Shown: positions 59,954 to 64,000 of the stretch, one piece after another
Layout: every line of letters begins with the position of its first letter
Numbering within the stretch: the stretch's first letter is position 1
From: Lachnospiraceae bacterium
GTDB taxonomy: Bacteria > Bacillota > Clostridia > Lachnospirales > Lachnospiraceae
Length of the DNA: 64,000 bases
Direction: 5' to 3'
Assembly: GCA_015056915.1 (NCBI GenBank)
Contig: SVFK01000008.1
Location: 42,624 to 106,623, forward strand
The notes under the pieces: generated by a model
The model's input: the letters and a program-made list of their open reading frames with translations, nothing else
Told to the model about the DNA's origin: nothing
Database searches by the model: none
Position numbers and translations under genes: made by a program

Positions 59954-60113
59954 GGCATGCCTCCTGCTTATCTACTCATTTTTTGCTGATTTTCAAGGTA
60001 TAGCATGCGCTGTTATACAAAAAAATATGTAAGTATAAATCTACCGCAACTGCACATACTCTATCCGAAAGGATGGTCCCGGCGGTGAAGGAGAGCAATA
60101 GGCTCTCCTCTTT

Positions 60114-60641
60114 CTACATAACAGTCTGCAATATACCGTCTGCGATAGCTCTGGCAATGTCCTCAAACCTCTCGTCAAACAGCAGATTATCTGCATCCGT
60201 ATTAATAAAACCCACCTCCACCAATACTGCCGGCATTTGCGTGCTGTTAAGCACTACCAGATTCTGGCGTTCATTGACTCCCTGATTGGCAAAGCCTATC
60301 TGCTCCAACTGTGCGTTAATATTGTAGGCAAGACGTGCCGCCTCGCTGTATCTGTTGTATACAAGCGTTTCGATTCCTGTATATTGATTGGGATATGGAC
60401 TGGAATTGCGATGTATGGATACAAAATAGTCGGCACCTGTGGCATTTGCCTCCATTGCCTTCTGATAGGGTGACTCGTAGATATCAGCTGTACGTGTATA
60501 ATACACATCAACCCCATTATCTTCTAAGATTGCACCAATTGCTAAGGTCAATGCCAGAACGTCATCCTTTTCCTGACGTCCACTGTAAACCGCGCCGGGA
60601 TTGGGACCTCCGTGCCCGGCATCTAATACAACAAAGGCCAT
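60114..60641 (-). CDS. N-acetylmuramoyl-L-alanine amidase (Amidase_3, catalytic domain only)
   Basis: LDAGHGG, EKD, VSIHRN, PAVLVEVGFI; no signal peptide or binding domain. Confidence 0.93.
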   Translation of the reverse strand: MAFVVLDAGHGGPNPGAVYSGRQEKDDVLALTLAIGAILEDNGVDVYYTRTADIYESPYQKAMEANATGADYFVSIHRNSSPYPNQYTGIETLVYNRYSEAARLAYNINAQLEQIGFANQGVNERQNLVVLNSTQMPAVLVEVGFINTDADNLLFDERFEDIARAIADGILQTVM

Positions 60642-60645
60642 AAAA

Positions 60646-60698
60646 AGACCTCCTGCATATGTCTTTTTATATCATATGCAAGAGGCCTATTTCTGTGC
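60646..60698 (-). promoter_or_regulatory. sigma-K-like promoter overlapping a terminator/anti-SD hairpin upstream of the amidase
   Basis: GCACA-15 nt-CATATGATA; 16-bp stem 60673-60688 / 60646-60661 containing AGGAGG. Confidence 0.65.
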
Positions 60699-60702
60699 CC
60701 GT

Positions 60703-62439
60703 CTACATCGCAAACTGGCTTTCGTACAGATTTGCATAAAATCCGCCTGCTGCCAACAGGCTTTCGTGATTGCCCTGTTCAATCACGTTTCCGTCCTTCA
60801 TCACAAGGATAATATCTGCTTCCTGAATCGTAGATAATCTATGCGCCACGATAAAGCTGGTTCTGCCTTCCATCATCTGCGCAAAAGCATTTTGTATCTT
60901 AATCTCTGTTCTGGTATCAATGGAGGAGGTCGCCTCATCAAGTATCAGCATAGGAGGAAGGCAAAGCATCACTCTCGTAATACATAACAGCTGCTTCTGT
61001 CCCTGAGAAAGGCTTCCGCCCTCCTCGGTGATTACAGTATCATAGCCCTGCGGCAGACGCTTGATAAAGCTGTGGACATGAGCCGCCTTTGCCGCTGCAA
61101 TGACTTCCTCATCCGTGGCATCAGGCTTGCCCATGCGGATATTGTCGCGAATGGTTCCCGCTCTCAGCCAGGTCTCCTGCAATACCATACCGTAACTGGT
61201 GCGCAGACTTCCTCTGGTAATATCACGGATATCTGTCCCATCCACCTTGATACTGCCTTCATTCACATCATAGAAGCGCATTAGCAGGTTAATCACTGTG
61301 GTCTTACCGCAGCCGGTGGGACCTACAATCGCTACTCTCTGCCCCGGCGCCACCTCCAGATTAAAATCCTGAATCAGCTTTTTCTCCGGCACATATTGAA
61401 AATCCACTGCTTCCAGAGTTACATTTCCCTTAGCATCTGTGAGCACTTTGGCCTCCGCACTGTCAGGAACCTGCGCTTCCTCTTCTATCAATTCAAAAAT
61501 ACGTGCTGCGCACACAAGGGCATTCTGCAATTCCGTAATCACACCGGAAATTTCATTAAAGGGCTTGGTATACTGATTGGCATAGCTTAAAAAGCAGGAT
61601 AACTGTCCCACACTGATGCCACCTCTAATGGCAAAAAACGCTCCGAAAATACCCACCCCCGCATACACAAGACTGTTGACAAAACGGGTGCTGGGATTGG
61701 TCAGCGAGGAGAAAAAAATCGCCTTTAGAGCGCATTTCTGCAGTCTGCCGTTAATCTCCGCAAACTCCTCCTTTACCGCCTCTTCTCTGGAAAAGGTTTT
61801 TACAATCTTCTGATTACCTACCATTTCCTCAATCAGAGAGGTTTGTTCTCCTCTGGTCTCGGACTGTTCCTTGAACATGGAGTAGGTCTTGGTGGCTATA
61901 AACTTTGCTACCAAAAAAGACACCGGTGTAATACACACCACCACCAAAGTAATCGGTATATTTGTAATCAGCATAAAACCTAAGGTGCCGAAAATAGTCA
62001 GCACACCGGTAAACAACTGCGTAAAGCCCATTAACAGTCCATCTGCAAAGGTATCTACATCTGCAATCACACGGCTTACCACATCACCGTATGCATGTTG
62101 GTCCAAATATTTTAAAGGTAGCCTTTGCAGCTTATGAAAGGCATCCTTGCGAATATCCTTTATTACATGATAGGTGATATAGTTATTACAGGTGTTCATC
62201 ACCCACTGTGCCACAGCTGTAATCACCATCACAATAGCTATTTTCTTCAAGATAGACAGGATTCCAGCCATATCCACCAAGCCCTTGGCAATGATATAAT
62301 CCACCGCATCCCCGGTGAGAATCGGAATATACAGAGTCAATATGACCGTAACAGTTGCTAACAGGATGGAGAGCGCAACCATAAACCGGTATTTGCGAAT
62401 GTAGTTTAGAATCTTCTTTATGGTAGCCTTCTGCTTCAT
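60703..62439 (-). CDS. ABC exporter, TMD-NBD half transporter
   Basis: TM domain; GPTGCGKTT, LSQGQKQ, LILDEATS, AHRLST. Confidence 0.93.
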   Translation of the reverse strand: MKQKATIKKILNYIRKYRFMVALSILLATVTVILTLYIPILTGDAVDYIIAKGLVDMAGILSILKKIAIVMVITAVAQWVMNTCNNYITYHVIKDIRKDAFHKLQRLPLKYLDQHAYGDVVSRVIADVDTFADGLLMGFTQLFTGVLTIFGTLGFMLITNIPITLVVVCITPVSFLVAKFIATKTYSMFKEQSETRGEQTSLIEEMVGNQKIVKTFSREEAVKEEFAEINGRLQKCALKAIFFSSLTNPSTRFVNSLVYAGVGIFGAFFAIRGGISVGQLSCFLSYANQYTKPFNEISGVITELQNALVCAARIFELIEEEAQVPDSAEAKVLTDAKGNVTLEAVDFQYVPEKKLIQDFNLEVAPGQRVAIVGPTGCGKTTVINLLMRFYDVNEGSIKVDGTDIRDITRGSLRTSYGMVLQETWLRAGTIRDNIRMGKPDATDEEVIAAAKAAHVHSFIKRLPQGYDTVITEEGGSLSQGQKQLLCITRVMLCLPPMLILDEATSSIDTRTEIKIQNAFAQMMEGRTSFIVAHRLSTIQEADIILVMKDGNVIEQGNHESLLAAGGFYANLYESQFAM

Positions 62440-64000
62440 ACCGACACTCCTTTCTTTCTCTCCTTGGGATACTGGGAATAATATATCTCCTGATAAGCAG
62501 TACAATTGTGGAGCAATTCTTCATGCGTACCCACACCTGCCATCTCACCGTCGTCCAATACAATAATTTTATCCGCATGTCGAATGGTGGATGCTCTCTG
62601 AGATACAATGAAGGTAGTGGTACTTCCTTCCAGATTCCTCAGTGCTGCGCGAAGCTTGGCATCCGTAGCATAATCCAGTGCCGATGCACTATCATCCAGT
62701 ATCAGAATCTCAGGCTTACGCACCAGTGCTCTTGCAATGGTAAGGCGCTGTCTCTGGCCACCGGAGAGATTCTTTCCATTTTGCAAAATAACTGCATCCA
62801 GCTGCCCCTCTTTGCCTTCCACAACTTCTCTTGCCTGTGCCACATCAATAGCCTGCCACATTTCTTCCTCCGTAGCATCCGGCTTTCCCCACTGCAAATT
62901 GCTTCTGATAGTGCCCTTAAACAAAACCGCCTTCTGGGGTACTACACCGATACGATTGCGCAGTTCTTCCTCTGCAAGACCTTGAATGTTCTTACCCTCC
63001 AGCAAAATCTCACCTTCTGTCACCGGATAAAACCCGGGAATCAGATTTACCAGAGAAGTCTTGCCGGAACCGGTTCCACCGATAATACCAACGGTATCTC
63101 CCTTATTTACTGCGAAGTGAATATCCTGCAACGTCGCCGCACCTGCTCCCTTATAAGTAAGAGAGACATGGGAAAATTCCAGATACGGTGCATCTGCCTT
63201 CTGAGAGGTGCTTTCCGCCTGTTGTGCTGCTTCCGTATCATCATTTTGTATTTCAAACACTGCCGCTACACGCTCTGCCGATGCCCATGCCTTGGTAATC
63301 AGAATAATCAGATTGGCCAGCTTTACCAATTCCACCAGTATCTGCGACATATAGTTAATAATCGCTACAACCTCACCCTGAGTCAGGTTACCGATATTCA
63401 CCTGAATGGCACCTATATAAATCAAAGCAATGATTGCACCGTTTACTACAATATAGGTAACAGGATTCATGCAGGCACTGATTTTGCCCACATACATCTG
63501 TAAATGTGCCAGCATATCATTGTTTTCGCGAAAACGACTTTCCTCCTCTTCCTCCTGATGAAAGGCGCGAATCACTCGGACTCCGGTCAGATTTTCTCTG
63601 GTAATACCCAGTACCGAATCCAGCTTATTTTGCACCTTTTTATACAGGGGCATGGTCCACATCATAATACCAAACACGATAATTGCCAGTATGGGAATTG
63701 CCACCACAAACACAAGACCGCTCTTTACATCAATGGTAAATGCCATAATCATGGCTCCAAATACAATAATGGGAGAACGCAAGAACAATCTCAGTACCAT
63801 ATTCACACCATTCTGCACTTGATTAATGTCACTCGTCATACGGGTTATCATGGTAGAGGTTCCCGCCTTGTCAATATTCGTAAAATCTAACCCTTGAATG
63901 TGGTTAAACAACGCCTGTCGCAACTTAGTAGAAAAGCCCACTGCTGCCTTTGCCGCAAAAAACTGCGCCGTAACGGACGACACCAGACCGATTATACCTA
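62436..64000 (-). CDS. ABC exporter, partner half transporter with degenerate site; 5' end outside the window
   Basis: GGTGSGKTS, LSGGQRQR, degenerate ILDDSASALD and SQR; overlaps its partner by 4 nt, consistent with a heterodimer. Confidence 0.9.
   Translation of the reverse strand, partial: GIIGLVSSVTAQFFAAKAAVGFSTKLRQALFNHIQGLDFTNIDKAGTSTMITRMTSDINQVQNGVNMVLRLFLRSPIIVFGAMIMAFTIDVKSGLVFVVAIPILAIIVFGIMMWTMPLYKKVQNKLDSVLGITRENLTGVRVIRAFHQEEEEESRFRENNDMLAHLQMYVGKISACMNPVTYIVVNGAIIALIYIGAIQVNIGNLTQGEVVAIINYMSQILVELVKLANLIILITKAWASAERVAAVFEIQNDDTEAAQQAESTSQKADAPYLEFSHVSLTYKGAGAATLQDIHFAVNKGDTVGIIGGTGSGKTSLVNLIPGFYPVTEGEILLEGKNIQGLAEEELRNRIGVVPQKAVLFKGTIRSNLQWGKPDATEEEMWQAIDVAQAREVVEGKEGQLDAVILQNGKNLSGGQRQRLTIARALVRKPEILILDDSASALDYATDAKLRAALRNLEGSTTTFIVSQRASTIRHADKIIVLDDGEMAGVGTHEELLHNCTAYQEIYYSQYPKERKKGVSV

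Noticed and set aside
59777-59989. 70-aa hydrophobic + strand ORF resembling a type I toxin or membrane peptide
   Set aside because: It is the antisense shadow of the 48-aa minus-strand ORF, which has the SD, promoter and terminator.

Overview
Chromosomal window from a spore-forming low-GC Gram-positive bacterium. Gene content and order look Lachnospiraceae-like, which is an inference. Most genes are on the minus strand. Left to right: (1) edge of an arabinan-utilisation locus with a very large partial solute-binding protein, GH51 and GH43 lipoproteins and a CPBP protease; (2) lone cysteine desulfurase, spoVB-like flippase, nrdR, ylmC, an inverted stand-alone sigG, sigE and spoIIGA; (3) the dcw cluster from mraZ to ftsZ; (4) lgt, ychF and the murE-priA-def-fmt-rsmB-rlmN-prpC-prkC-rsgA run; (5) recJ, secDF and the SCIFF ranthipeptide locus, whose 47-aa precursor is missing from the ORF track; (6) a CNNM/CorC transporter, a Pho regulon cluster, an unannotated 48-aa protein, an amidase and a heterodimeric ABC exporter. 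No rRNA, tRNA, CRISPR array, transposase or phage gene was seen. The most unusual signals are non-coding. One is a ~560-bp imperfect palindrome with a 140-bp relative 46 kb away, both between convergent genes. Another is a candidate ~85-nt small RNA with a C-rich anti-SD tract behind a direct-repeat promoter. A third is a pair of sporulation genes whose ribosome-binding sites are buried in hairpins that should form only in read-through transcripts.
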